A stretch of 64,000 nucleotides of DNA. Source: a virus. Lineage: Duplodnaviria; Caudoviricetes. Below, in pieces: positions 1 through 10,269 of this stretch; the stretch's first letter is position 1; each line of letters begins with the position of its first letter. Location: positions 299,532-363,531 of the IMG/VR virus record IMGVR_UViG_3300021514_000002; one strand, given 5' to 3'. A program made the translations under genes and the position numbers. Below the pieces are notes generated by a model, which ran no database searches, was not told the DNA's origin, and was given only the letters and a program-made list of their open reading frames with translations.

Positions 1-2
1 AC

Positions 3-377
3 CATAATCCAGATGAAGATATTAATCGCAATAGTGCCATTGGTAATTTTATTGAATCTGATAGACCTTCAATTTTAATTAGCCCTTCTTCTACAGAAGG
101 ACTAGATCTCAAAGATTCTCTTGCAAGATTTGCCATTACGGTAAAAGTACCATTTGGGTACCTTGGTGATCAATGGATTAAGCGTCGTATGGAAATGTCA
201 AATGAATGGTATCGCCGCCGAGCCATTACGGATATTATTCAGGGGGGTGGTCGTATTGTTCGTAGCGCAGAAGATGAAGGTACGGTATACATATTAGATG
301 GTAGTTTTGCATATTTGTACTCCCAATCAATGGCAATGGTACCACAGTGGTGGAAAGACTCATATAACGTATTGTAA
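3..377 (+). CDS. DinG/XPD-like ATP-dependent helicase, C-terminal part (gene truncated by window start)
   Basis: Frame is open from base 3, upstream of the ORF-track start at 189. It reads SPSSTEGLDLKDSLARFAITVKVPF...IIQGGGRIVRSAEDEGTVYILD, matching the C-terminal motifs of DinG-type helicases. Confidence 0.8.
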   Translation, partial: HNPDEDINRNSAIGNFIESDRPSILISPSSTEGLDLKDSLARFAITVKVPFGYLGDQWIKRRMEMSNEWYRRRAITDIIQGGGRIVRSAEDEGTVYILDGSFAYLYSQSMAMVPQWWKDSYNVL

Positions 378-416
378 GTTATTGATTATATTAGTTAAAT
401 ATTATAACCTAATTGC

Positions 417-445
417 TTGACTTTTGTAACCTAATTTGTTATAGT
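417..445 (+). promoter_or_regulatory. sigma70-type promoter
   Basis: TTGACT-N17-TATAGT with an extended -10 TG, upstream of ORF 477. Confidence 0.7.
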
Positions 446-476
446 AAGTTTAATATATTAATTAAGGATATACACG

Positions 477-896
477 ATGTTAACTAAAATCATGAACCTC
501 ATATCATATTGTATAGTTATTGGTTTTGGGTTTATATTACTTAGTCCCTCTATACCATTTTGGGAAACATTCATCGGCGCATTAAGATTTGTAGTTTGGG
601 GTTTGCCTTTTGAAATTATAGCAAATCCGTTCGCGATATGGATGGACACGCTTGGAAGTGCACAAAGCACCCTTGGTTTGTTTATTTCTTTTGCATTTCT
701 TGCTACATATTATCTTGGCTGTTTTGTTGCTTTCACATCGTGGGTACATGTCCCAGACGCACCACCATCAGACCCATTTTGGGATAATGAGTTTTATTGG
801 TTATTGGGACTTAAGAGCACGAAAGAATTACAAGATGTAGAAGTTCAAGCGAATGCAATAGTTCACGCAATGAACAAACAGAAACGAACACAATAA
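477..896 (+). CDS. Hypothetical membrane protein
   Basis: 139 aa with about 3 hydrophobic segments; promoter upstream and terminator downstream. Confidence 0.6.
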   Translation: MLTKIMNLISYCIVIGFGFILLSPSIPFWETFIGALRFVVWGLPFEIIANPFAIWMDTLGSAQSTLGLFISFAFLATYYLGCFVAFTSWVHVPDAPPSDPFWDNEFYWLLGLKSTKELQDVEVQANAIVHAMNKQKRTQ

Positions 897-922
897 AAAA
901 GGGGGCATTGCCCCCTTTTTTT
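895..922. terminator. Bidirectional rho-independent terminator
   Basis: A6-GGGGGC-ATT-GCCCCC-T7 between convergent genes. Confidence 0.9.
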
Positions 923-941
923 CACCTTATTATCATTAAAA

Positions 942-1151
942 TTAGTAGGTAGGATTTGGTGACTTACTTTCCAAGTCTAGTCTATTTTTTAAGAACTCTG
1001 AGACTAATTGACGTTCAGCATATGACATGGTTAAAAGGATACTTTCATACGACATCCCGCCTCGCATAAAATAAGTCATATCAATGATATTATTAATTAA
1101 CATTTTTGCTTCATCTTGTAATGTTAAAAACATATGTTGAATATCCTTCAC
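942..1151 (-). CDS. Small baseplate hub assembly protein (gp51-like)
   Basis: 69 aa directly downstream of the gp26-like gene; YFMRGGMSY...ERQLVSEFL pattern and position match the gp26-gp51 pair. Confidence 0.5.
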   Translation of the reverse strand: MKDIQHMFLTLQDEAKMLINNIIDMTYFMRGGMSYESILLTMSYAERQLVSEFLKNRLDLESKSPNPTY

Positions 1152-1168
1152 TGAACCTGATTTTAATG

Positions 1169-2029
1169 TTACATAAAATAAGATAAGGGATTTATCGGCG
1201 CGGTAACTTTCATCTTCTTACCACAATCTTTACACTTTGTTTCGTATACGAAATCAGGACCCCAGTCACTTGTTTTTTCTATAGCTTCTGACAATTTAGT
1301 CATCCAACCAGCAGAAATAGTAGTCAACCATTCTTTGATCATGTCCTTATTATCAATATTATCTACTGAACTAATTACACTCATTATTGTATCAACAATA
1401 CTCGCGGTTTCTTCTTCTGGGGTAAGATTAGCGCTTGGATCATAGCTTTGCATCATTTTAATAACATCTTTAAATCTTGGTGGATGCATTTTTATTACTT
1501 GATCGTTGGGGAGTTTGGTAGTATACATTTTTCCAATTGTTGTAGGATCTATACGTTTAGTGTTGTTGATAAAATAATCAATACTAATACTATATTCTTG
1601 TGATTTTGCATCCTTACAATCATGTGTATATATTAATTGAAAAGTATCCCCGTATGTTATTTTTCTCAAGCACACCATAAGAAAATCTATATCTTTACTA
1701 AACAACTCCTTCGGTTTCATAATTTGTGGAATACATCGCTTGAATATTTGCTCAACCGCTTCACCTGAGAATAATAGATCTGGGGTTTTAAGTAATACTT
1801 CATCAAATGCGGTCATCGGATGTATGTGTACTTCACCGTCAACCACTGAAGCATCTAACTCATTATCTGTATAAAAAATCCCACCAGATGGCAATTTGAA
1901 CGTAGAACCTGGCATGTGCACGCGCGCCAGAAGGGGATTAACTGTTTTTTGTGCCGTTTCAGGCAATATTGTTTTCTTTATTTCATCTACCCTATTGTTT
2001 TCAGGTGATGAATTATCCATATTATCCAT
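1169..2029 (-). CDS. gp26: Baseplate hub subunit (gp26-like)
   Basis: LPSGG.FY, HPMTAFDEVLLKTPDLL, DIDFLMVCLRKITYG and C-terminal CxxC motifs typical of the T4 gp26 family. Confidence 0.7.
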   Translation of the reverse strand: MDNMDNSSPENNRVDEIKKTILPETAQKTVNPLLARVHMPGSTFKLPSGGIFYTDNELDASVVDGEVHIHPMTAFDEVLLKTPDLLFSGEAVEQIFKRCIPQIMKPKELFSKDIDFLMVCLRKITYGDTFQLIYTHDCKDAKSQEYSISIDYFINNTKRIDPTTIGKMYTTKLPNDQVIKMHPPRFKDVIKMMQSYDPSANLTPEEETASIVDTIMSVISSVDNIDNKDMIKEWLTTISAGWMTKLSEAIEKTSDWGPDFVYETKCKDCGKKMKVTAPINPLSYFM

Positions 2030-2151
2030 TCTTTTCTCCTATGGTCGTATGTTTTTATATTTAGTTTATATGCATTATATTTATTATGGGGTTTTTCCGT
2101 ATGGTATATAGGATAAATATAGAATAATAAGTATCTATTTAGGTTAAAATA

Positions 2152-4233
2152 ATGGCATTTAGTTCTGAACAAAATGAAATTCTACAAGCATTAGCGGCTA
2201 TGATTAAGCAATCAGCAGGTGTACGTGAACCCATTGTGGGCGTTGAAGCGCGTGCGGAAAAAGAAAACGCAGAAGCGAATAAGAAATTACTCGAAGCAAA
2301 TAAACAATTAATCGCTGCCCTTAAGAAATATAAAAATGTAACAGAGTTATCCAATGATCAATTTGATGAAATTGCAAAGGCCGCAGATAAGGCAGGTGTT
2401 AAATTAGATGACTTAATTGACGCCACCACATTGACAGTTAAAAGTTTTGACGATTTGCAAGAAGAAACTGACGAACTTGCCGCTGCAATGGACAAGACAA
2501 CAGATAAAACTAAGAAACACACAAAAACAGTACAGACCGCAATCAACATATGGGATCAACATTCTCAGAAAATAAAAGATTCATTTGGATTATTTGTTGA
2601 AGAAAATCGCATAATGAAAGAACGTGCTGCAAACGACGCAACATATGCTGATGCTGTGATAGGGTTGGGAATATCAATGAAAGAATGGTCAACTATTCTT
2701 GCTGATAATCGTGGCGTGCAACAAGCAATGGCATCTAGTGGTAGGGATTTTACAGAAGAACTATCAGCAGGTTCTGAACGTATGAGAAGTTTTAGTAAGG
2801 ATAATGTTCAAGCCGCAAAAACTACGGCAGCACTTATGAAAGGTATTGCAGGATTCGGTGTATCGCAAAAAAATCTTGATGGCGCGCTTAATGAACAAAT
2901 AAACATGTATGAAAAAAATTATAGAGTATTTGGAATAACAGCTGAAGCTTTTGCTGAATCCACCGCCGCTCTCGTTACAGATACTGATATTCGCAACAAT
3001 CTTTCAATAATGGGCGAAAAGGAAAGAAAAGCATTTATTGTTGGTCTGCAAGCGCGCGAAGCCGAAAGACTTGCAATGGGTTATACCGCAGAACAAGCAC
3101 GTGAATTAACGAAAACTTTTGCGGCGTTGGCAGGCGAAACACCAAAAGAAAGAATGAAAAAGGCAGCTAAACAAAGAGCATTAGCAGGCGCATTGGGGAT
3201 GGGCGAAGAAGGTGCTCGTTTGCAACAATTAATGGTTAATATTAATCAGTTACAAGGCAAAGAGCGTACCGCAGCTTTAAAAGAAATTGAAGATATTCAA
3301 CGTGGAATGGCGAATGCGTTACAAGTCAAAAAAGGCCAAGGTATTGCTAGTGAAATGTTCGCAACCGCATTTGCAGATAAAGCAGGATTTCTCGAACTTG
3401 CCCGTACCCTTGAAACACGTTCAAAGGAAGGTCAAAAAATTGATAAAGCACAAATGGCAGCAACTGCGGCTGGTCGTGAAGTTCCATGGTTAATAGATAA
3501 AGGATTAACCGTTCTTAGTTGGATAGAAGGATATCAAGCAACATCGGTTGCCTTGCTTGGGACTATTGCCTTTGCACTTACAAAAGGCAAAATATTAAGT
3601 CTTATTTCCAATGTATTTAAAGGTGGCGGCGGTAAAGCAGCTGCTGCGGGAGCAGGCAAACTGGCATCAATGGCAGGTGGCGCGAAAAGCGTTCTTGGTA
3701 GTGTTGTAGCAAAGGTTGCAGCACCTCTTGCAGGTGTTATCGCGGGCTATGAAAAATATGCAGAATTGAAAGACAAAAAAGAATTAACCGCAGGACAAAA
3801 AACTGCTCAAATTGGCACGACAGCAGTCGGTGGAACAGGCGGCGCATTAGCGGGTGCTGCGGCGGGTGCTGCTATTGGAACACTTGCGGGACCAATTGGC
3901 ACAATTGTTGGTGGATTAATCGGCGGCGCTGTCGGGGCGTGGGGCGGCTCGGAAGCAGGTGCATCTATTGGGGAAGGTATTAGTGACTTAATGGCTAAAC
4001 CTGAAACACAGCAAGCAGCAAAAGAAAAGATCGCCGCTGAACCTGCTGTTACAACAGAAATTTCTAAAAAAACCACAGACAATGATTCACTAGTTGCAAC
4101 ATTAAAAGAACTTATGAAATATATTAAAACTATCAACGAACAAAATAGCGAACAAGCCGCTGCTATGAGAGCATTGGCAGAAGTAATAAAAGACAATAAA
4201 AGGTTCGCAGTTAATAATAGATCAAGAGTTTAA
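2152..4233 (+). CDS. Tape-measure / tail length-like protein
   Basis: 693 aa, Ala-rich and helical, with a C-terminal Gly-zipper (GGALAGAAAGAAIG...), divergent from the hub genes. Confidence 0.5.
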   Translation: MAFSSEQNEILQALAAMIKQSAGVREPIVGVEARAEKENAEANKKLLEANKQLIAALKKYKNVTELSNDQFDEIAKAADKAGVKLDDLIDATTLTVKSFDDLQEETDELAAAMDKTTDKTKKHTKTVQTAINIWDQHSQKIKDSFGLFVEENRIMKERAANDATYADAVIGLGISMKEWSTILADNRGVQQAMASSGRDFTEELSAGSERMRSFSKDNVQAAKTTAALMKGIAGFGVSQKNLDGALNEQINMYEKNYRVFGITAEAFAESTAALVTDTDIRNNLSIMGEKERKAFIVGLQAREAERLAMGYTAEQARELTKTFAALAGETPKERMKKAAKQRALAGALGMGEEGARLQQLMVNINQLQGKERTAALKEIEDIQRGMANALQVKKGQGIASEMFATAFADKAGFLELARTLETRSKEGQKIDKAQMAATAAGREVPWLIDKGLTVLSWIEGYQATSVALLGTIAFALTKGKILSLISNVFKGGGGKAAAAGAGKLASMAGGAKSVLGSVVAKVAAPLAGVIAGYEKYAELKDKKELTAGQKTAQIGTTAVGGTGGALAGAAAGAAIGTLAGPIGTIVGGLIGGAVGAWGGSEAGASIGEGISDLMAKPETQQAAKEKIAAEPAVTTEISKKTTDNDSLVATLKELMKYIKTINEQNSEQAAAMRALAEVIKDNKRFAVNNRSRV

Positions 4234-4312
4234 TTAAACGCAAGGTTTGCTAAAAAATAGTCCTCATAAATATAATTATAATAGTAAACATACACTAAGA
4301 AGAATTAATTTT

Positions 4313-5941
4313 ATGACAGCAAAATGGACGGGATATTTTAAGGTTGTTTCACCGCAACCCTCTACAACCAAAATGACAGATAGCCAGGAAATGGCTGACT
4401 CTGGCGCGTACAACAACTATACATGGTATCAACGATTAGTACAAGGTTCCGCATCACGTATGACGCGGTATCGTGAATATGATCTCATGGATAATGACAT
4501 TGAAGTCGCGCGTGCACTTGATACTATCGCAGAAGAAATGACAGGGAATAATCCTAAAACAAAAGAACCTCTTATTCTTGATATTATGACAGAAGATGAA
4601 GACAATGTTGAAGGCATTGCGGTTCTTACGTTGAAGGCAGCATTACGACGTTGGGCACATTTGCACAATTTTCCAAATCGTTTATATGCCATTGCACGCT
4701 TAACAATAAAATATGGCGATGTTTTTTTCCGCAAAGGAAAAAAACTAAATGATAAGTGGCAATTCATTCATCCTAAAAATATAATTGCAGCCGTTGTTGA
4801 TGAACATGATGCAACTAAAGTTTTGGCATGGCAGATGAAAAAAGATATAGAAAAACCAAGAACTGGTGGTTATGCTATGCCAATCGGCGCTAAAGAAGAT
4901 TCTGCACATGAAAGTGAAATTGTTTCAACTAATGAACTTATTCGCTTTTCGTTAAACGATGATATGTCAGATACCCAACCATTTGGTGAATCTGTTCTAC
5001 GTCCAGTTTATCGTTCACACAAACAAAAAGAATTATTGGAAGATGCTGTTATTATCTATCGTGTACAACGTGCACCTGAGCGTCGTGTATTCTATATTGA
5101 TGTTGGTAAGATGCCTCCACAGCGTGTTAAACAATACCTTGAAGGTATTAAGAATGAAATTAAACAAAAGAAAATCCCAACACAAAATGGTGGACAATCA
5201 GAAGTAGATTCCGTTTATAACCCACATTCAATGAGTGAAGATTTCTTTTTCGCGTCACGACCAGATGGTCGTGGTTCACGCGTTGAAACATTACCAGGTG
5301 GTCAAGGTCTTGGTGAATTATCCGATCTTGAATACTTCCAACGTAAAGTCTGGCGTGGTTTGAAAGTTCCAGTCTCTTATATGATAGAACAACAAGAAGG
5401 TGGCCAAGTCTGGAATGATGGTAAAGTCGGCATCGCATATATTCAGGAATTGCGTTTTTCATTATACGTAGAACGACTACAAGGTTATCTTGAAAGAACA
5501 TTAGATGCTGAATTTAAAGAATTCTTACGCAAGACGAATATCCGCATTGATGAATCAATGTATCGTATTATGCTTCCAGAACCTTCTAACTTTGGTAAGT
5601 ACAAACAACTTGAATTAGATAGTCAGTTACTTAGTGCATATACAACTCCAGATGGAATTAGTTATATGTCTAAACGATTTGCAATGAAACGCTATTTACA
5701 AATGTCTGATGAAGAAATGATTACCAATGAACGGTTAAAGCGCGAAGAATTAGGTATTGATGCTGATAGTACAGATCCTGCCGACTTACAAGCAATCTAT
5801 GGTGCACCAGAAGAAGGTGCCATGGGCGGCATGACAGGTGGCCTAGGTGGTGGATTTGGTGGTGCAGAATTAGGCATGAGCGGTGAACCCGCAACCCCAG
5901 AAAGTGGCACTCCACCCGCTGCTGCAACGCCAACAACATAA
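4313..5941 (+). CDS. gp20: Portal vertex protein
   Basis: RYREYDLM, DAVIIYRVQRAPERRVFYIDVGKMP, EDFFF..R.DGRGSRVETLPGGQ.LGEL.DLEYF; start placed at MTAKW. Confidence 0.95.
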   Translation: MTAKWTGYFKVVSPQPSTTKMTDSQEMADSGAYNNYTWYQRLVQGSASRMTRYREYDLMDNDIEVARALDTIAEEMTGNNPKTKEPLILDIMTEDEDNVEGIAVLTLKAALRRWAHLHNFPNRLYAIARLTIKYGDVFFRKGKKLNDKWQFIHPKNIIAAVVDEHDATKVLAWQMKKDIEKPRTGGYAMPIGAKEDSAHESEIVSTNELIRFSLNDDMSDTQPFGESVLRPVYRSHKQKELLEDAVIIYRVQRAPERRVFYIDVGKMPPQRVKQYLEGIKNEIKQKKIPTQNGGQSEVDSVYNPHSMSEDFFFASRPDGRGSRVETLPGGQGLGELSDLEYFQRKVWRGLKVPVSYMIEQQEGGQVWNDGKVGIAYIQELRFSLYVERLQGYLERTLDAEFKEFLRKTNIRIDESMYRIMLPEPSNFGKYKQLELDSQLLSAYTTPDGISYMSKRFAMKRYLQMSDEEMITNERLKREELGIDADSTDPADLQAIYGAPEEGAMGGMTGGLGGGFGGAELGMSGEPATPESGTPPAAATPTT

Positions 5942-5966
5942 AAGTTTACATAAATATAATGAACCG

Positions 5967-5974
5967 TATAAATA
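5967..5974 (+). promoter_or_regulatory. T4-type late promoter TATAAATA
   Basis: Exact consensus upstream of the prohead core genes. Confidence 0.75.
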
Positions 5975-5987
5975 AAAGGAGATAACA

Positions 5988-6152
5988 ATGGCTGATACTG
6001 AACAACTTAGTAAAATGCTTGATAATTTAATTAATAAAAAGGATGAACAGGCGCAAGTTCACTTCCATGATTATTTGCAAGGAAAAATGCAGGAAGTAAT
6101 TCATGGTGATGAAGAAGTAAGCGAAGAACCTGATAATTCTATTACCAAATAA
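5988..6152 (+). CDS. Small prohead core protein (54 aa, not in the ORF track)
   Basis: AGGAG SD; reads MADTEQLSKMLDNLINKKDEQAQVHFHDYLQGKMQEVIHGDEEVSEEPDNSITK; sits between portal and protease like T4 gp67. Confidence 0.75.
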   Translation: MADTEQLSKMLDNLINKKDEQAQVHFHDYLQGKMQEVIHGDEEVSEEPDNSITK

Positions 6153-6164
6153 GGGGAACACAAC

Positions 6165-6677
6165 ATGAGCAGCGGCACAAAAAAGGTATTATCTGCCACT
6201 AAAATAAAACAACAAGCTATCCAAAAGATGCTTGAATCTTTAATTACAGGTAATCCAGAAGAAGCAAGTGTGCAACTTCATGAATATCTTCAGTTAAAAA
6301 CACGCGAATTAATCATTGGTGAATCGTCTGAAAAGGATGAAGATGAAGATGATAAAGAATGTGATGACGACAAAGTCGATGACAAAGATGACAAAGATGA
6401 CGACAAAGATGGTAAGGAAGATGTAAAAGAAACAGTTACACATCATCCTGACGGCGCAATGTCGCGTACGATAAGTGGTCTTTTGAATTTTGAAAATGGT
6501 GGTAAGAAAACACTTAAGAAGCATGATAATTCTACCAAAGAACTTGATGGTACTAAAGTTGTAAAAACTAAATTCAAGTCTGGTGGTAAGCAACCTGCTA
6601 AAACACTTGAAAAAACCCCAAAACCTGAAAAGTTTAATGATGGTCGCTCTAAAGATTTAGGTACTACTAAATCTTAA
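6165..6677 (+). CDS. Acidic prohead core protein (gp67/68 position)
   Basis: D/E/K-rich; its N-terminus is paralogous to ORF 5988. Confidence 0.6.
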   Translation: MSSGTKKVLSATKIKQQAIQKMLESLITGNPEEASVQLHEYLQLKTRELIIGESSEKDEDEDDKECDDDKVDDKDDKDDDKDGKEDVKETVTHHPDGAMSRTISGLLNFENGGKKTLKKHDNSTKELDGTKVVKTKFKSGGKQPAKTLEKTPKPEKFNDGRSKDLGTTKS

Positions 6678-6799
6678 TGTGGTGGTTTAAGGCACTATCT
6701 GTAATCAAAACAACATATACATGGATTGGTACATTACAGATGGTAGCCAAAATGGTTAAATGGTTAAAGAGATTTAAAAAAGAAGCAAAGGAAAGCTAA
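6677..6799 (+). CDS. 40-aa basic, Trp-rich peptide (not in the ORF track)
   Basis: TAATG stop/start overlap; reads MWWFKALSVIKTTYTWIGTLQMVAKMVKWLKRFKKEAKES and fills the gap before the gp21 SD. Confidence 0.5.
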   Translation: MWWFKALSVIKTTYTWIGTLQMVAKMVKWLKRFKKEAKES

Positions 6800-6808
6800 G
6801 GAAAGATT

Positions 6809-7447
6809 ATGTCACAACAATTATTATTTGAAGAACTAACACCATCGCAGGCAGGTTTGATTAAAGAATCATCTCATGATGGTAAAGACACATGGTTAAA
6901 TGGTATTTTCATGCAAGGTGGTATAAAGAACCGTAATGGGCGTCTTTATCCTATGAATGAAATCCAAGCCGCAGTATCTTCTGCACAGATGCGAATTAAA
7001 GAATCAAATGGTATATTTGGTGAACTTGATCATCCGCAAACACTAACAATTAATCTTGATCGCATTTCGCATGTTATCACTGAATTAGCAGTTAATGGTA
7101 ATAATGCAGTCGGTAAGGCTAAATTACTTAATACCCCTATGGGCAATATTGCAAAAGAACTTGCTAACTCTGGTGTTGCGTTAGGTGTATCTTCGCGTGG
7201 TGCAGGTCAAGTGAATGAAAATGGTGGTGTTCAAGGATTCAACTTTGTTACTGTTGATATTGTTGCACAACCTTCTGCACCGAATGCTTATCCAACTACG
7301 GTCATTGAATCATTGGACATTGCAAAGAATGGTCATAATATTCTTGATCTTTCCGAAGCAGTTCGTTACGACCCAGCAGCACAAAAATATTTCAAAAAAG
7401 AAATTGAAAAGTGGTTAAATACTGGACTTTTTGCAAAATGCAAATAA
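6809..7447 (+). CDS. gp21: Prohead core protease
   Basis: GIFMQGGIKNRNGRLYP, FGELDHP, LGVSSRGAG, DIVAQPSAPNAY. Confidence 0.95.
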   Translation: MSQQLLFEELTPSQAGLIKESSHDGKDTWLNGIFMQGGIKNRNGRLYPMNEIQAAVSSAQMRIKESNGIFGELDHPQTLTINLDRISHVITELAVNGNNAVGKAKLLNTPMGNIAKELANSGVALGVSSRGAGQVNENGGVQGFNFVTVDIVAQPSAPNAYPTTVIESLDIAKNGHNILDLSEAVRYDPAAQKYFKKEIEKWLNTGLFAKCK

Positions 7448-7627
7448 ACAAAAATAAAAGTTCAATTATTTTAACTTTTTATTGCATCGTAAGTGCATGA
7501 AATTATTAAGGATTTTGTCTGTTAAAAGACAAGATCCTTTTTTTGTTGCGTCTTTAATAAATATTTAACATAGAAATATTACTAACTACTTGAAATACAA
7601 AACAGTTTTAAACATTAGGAGAAAAAA

Positions 7628-8608
7628 ATGGAAGAACTACTGCAAAAACTATTGGAAGCAGAAGTGCTATCTGAAGATACTAAGAAAGAATTAGAAAGCG
7701 CTTTCCAACAAAAGTTGGACGAAGCTATAACTGCTGCCAAAGATGATGCAGCTGCCGATGTCCGTGCCGAGCTTACTGAACAGTGGGTTGTAGAACGTGA
7801 TCAGCTTATAGAAGCCGTCGATTCCAAAGTAACAGAATTTCTTGGAAAAGAAGTTGAAGAATTAAAAGAAGATATCGAACGCTTTCGTGATCTCGAAGCT
7901 GAATATGCTGAAAAATTAGTTGAATCTAAAGCAGCTATGTCAGATGAGTTGAAAGATGATTTGATGGAACTTGTAGAAAAAGTTGATGCGTTCTTAGAAA
8001 TCCGCCTTGGTGCTGAAATCGAAGAATTACGTGAAGATCTTGAAAGCGTTCGTAAGAATGATTTTGGTCGTCGTGTATTTGAAGCATTTTCTGATGAGTT
8101 CATGGTTAACTACTCTGATGAAGAATCAGCAGAAGTATCATTACGTGAAACTCAAGAACGTCTTCGTGACGCAGAAGACGCATTAGTGGAATCTGAATCC
8201 AAGCGTGCTGAAACAGATCGTACTATCGCAATGGAAACAATTTTATCATCACTTGCTGGACGCCAGCGCGAAGTGATGGAAGCAATCCTCCGAAACGTTG
8301 ACACGGATCATTTGGAAGAAGGCTATAAGACCTTTATTGGTCGCGTAATCCGTGAAACAGATAACTCAGAGAAGGAAGGTTCAGTACTAGCTGAGAGTGA
8401 AGAAAAAGATGACGACAATGACGACAACGATGATAAGAAATCTAAGAAAGCTAAGTCTAAAGAAGGTAAAGACGAAGACGATAAGAAAGAAAAGATCGAA
8501 GAAGGCACAAAAGTCACAGGCAATACCGAAGAAATGATTATTGAGACTGCAGATCCTGCAAATAAAGCTCAACTTGATTATCTTCGTAAACTCGCAGGCA
8601 TTAACTAA
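7628..8608 (+). CDS. gp22: Prohead core scaffold protein
   Basis: Acidic coiled coil between protease and capsid genes. Confidence 0.85.
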   Translation: MEELLQKLLEAEVLSEDTKKELESAFQQKLDEAITAAKDDAAADVRAELTEQWVVERDQLIEAVDSKVTEFLGKEVEELKEDIERFRDLEAEYAEKLVESKAAMSDELKDDLMELVEKVDAFLEIRLGAEIEELREDLESVRKNDFGRRVFEAFSDEFMVNYSDEESAEVSLRETQERLRDAEDALVESESKRAETDRTIAMETILSSLAGRQREVMEAILRNVDTDHLEEGYKTFIGRVIRETDNSEKEGSVLAESEEKDDDNDDNDDKKSKKAKSKEGKDEDDKKEKIEEGTKVTGNTEEMIIETADPANKAQLDYLRKLAGIN

Positions 8609-8638
8609 AAATTATTTAAACTTCTAGGAGAAGAAAAA

Positions 8639-10120
8639 ATGAACGAATTATTCGAAAACTGGGCAGAAACTAAAGCAGCATTGCTTGAAGGTCTTGACGC
8701 TCAAAAACAAAAGGTCGTAGCACCGCTGTTAGAAAATCAGAAAAATCATTTGATTGCTGAATCTGCAGCCGCTGGTTCTACTGCCGCACACGATATCGCT
8801 GGTTTCAGAAAGATTTTAATCCCAATGATCCGACGTATCATTCCAGGTACAATTGCTACTGAGCTTGTTGGTGTTCAACCAATGACTGGTCCAGTTGGAC
8901 TTGTATACACTTTACGTTACCGTTATACTGAAAGCGTATCTGCTACTTCACATGCTAACCCATTTGGTCTTCCAGGTGCAATTACAGCTGGTGATGAAGT
9001 ATTTGGTAACAGTTCACCAATCCGTCAATGGTATTCTGGCGCAGCTGGTCAACCTGTAGGTTCACCGTTAGTTGCTTCTGATGCACAGCCACAAGCACCT
9101 GGTGCCGGCGCTATCGCAGGTACAGACGCAGATGGAACAGTTGGTGCTGAAGCAATTGATACTGCATTGGCTTCTGGTCAAGCATGGCCTTCAAGCTTAG
9201 GTGCTTCTGCTGGTAACATTGGTTACGTTGACGGTCTTGGCCGTACAGTAGCTGGTTCAGTTTGGGGTGGTTCTGGTAGCTTTATTGAAGGTTCTGGTGG
9301 TCGTAAGATGACTATGGACGTTGTTAGTCAATCAGTTGAAGCTGGTTCACGTAAGTTACAAGCTGGTTGGACTATTGAAGCTATGCAAGATCTTAATGCA
9401 CAGCACGGTTTAGATCTTGAATCTGAAATGACACAGGCATTGTCTGCTGAAATCGTTCAAGAAATTGATCAAGAAATCATTACTGATCTTCTTGCCCTTG
9501 CAGGTACAGTAGATACATTTGATGGCGCTGGCGCTGGACAGTACAGCTTTAACAGTACTTCTGGTAACTATGCACCTGCATATGTTGGTGATCGTCTTGC
9601 TAACCTTGGTGTTATCATCAATCGTGTTGCAAATGAAATCGCACGTAAGACTCGTCGTGGCGCTGGCAACTTTATCGTTGTTTCTCCACTTATCGTTTCT
9701 GTTCTTCAGTCTGCTGCTAAGTCAGTATTCGCACCAGCTGTTGAAGGTTCATTCAAAGGTCCTAACAACTCTATGTTAGTTGGTACTTTAAACGGGACTA
9801 TCAAAGTATATAGTTACCTTTGGAACCAAGCAGGTGCAAACCTTGATCTTGGTGGTGGTGCTTCACCGCTTGAAAGTGCAAATGATACAATCCTTGTTGG
9901 TTATAAAGGTGGAAACGGAGAAACTGATACTGGTTACTTCTACTGCCCTTACATTCCATTGATGTCTTCTGGTGTTGTTGTTAATCCAACTACATTCCAA
10001 CCAGTTGTTAGTTTAATGACTCGCTACGGTAAGTCTGTTTTCACTAACACTGAAACATCCTTGGGCAATTCTGCAGATTATTACGGGAAAATAAATGTTG
10101 CAAATCTTGACCTTGTATAA
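8639..10120 (+). CDS. gp23: Major capsid protein
   Basis: VGVQPMTGPVGL, VEAGSRKLQAGWTIEAMQDL, YCPYIPL, MTRYG; LIAE/S prodomain cleavage site. Confidence 0.97.
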   Translation: MNELFENWAETKAALLEGLDAQKQKVVAPLLENQKNHLIAESAAAGSTAAHDIAGFRKILIPMIRRIIPGTIATELVGVQPMTGPVGLVYTLRYRYTESVSATSHANPFGLPGAITAGDEVFGNSSPIRQWYSGAAGQPVGSPLVASDAQPQAPGAGAIAGTDADGTVGAEAIDTALASGQAWPSSLGASAGNIGYVDGLGRTVAGSVWGGSGSFIEGSGGRKMTMDVVSQSVEAGSRKLQAGWTIEAMQDLNAQHGLDLESEMTQALSAEIVQEIDQEIITDLLALAGTVDTFDGAGAGQYSFNSTSGNYAPAYVGDRLANLGVIINRVANEIARKTRRGAGNFIVVSPLIVSVLQSAAKSVFAPAVEGSFKGPNNSMLVGTLNGTIKVYSYLWNQAGANLDLGGGASPLESANDTILVGYKGGNGETDTGYFYCPYIPLMSSGVVVNPTTFQPVVSLMTRYGKSVFTNTETSLGNSADYYGKINVANLDLV

Positions 10121-10175
10121 GGTTCTTGATAAACTACATTAAGTTTATTCTATAATATCTACATGTACGTAGAAC

Positions 10176-10203
10176 AAAAAAGCCACCCAACGGTGGCTTT
10201 TTT
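10176..10203. terminator. Rho-independent terminator
   Basis: AAAAAAGCCACC-CAAC-GGTGGCTTTTTT. Confidence 0.9.
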
Positions 10204-10269
10204 GTTCCTAATTGTGGATTCGCACATACTATTATGGTTGTGATATATAATATCGATAAAGGAAATAAT

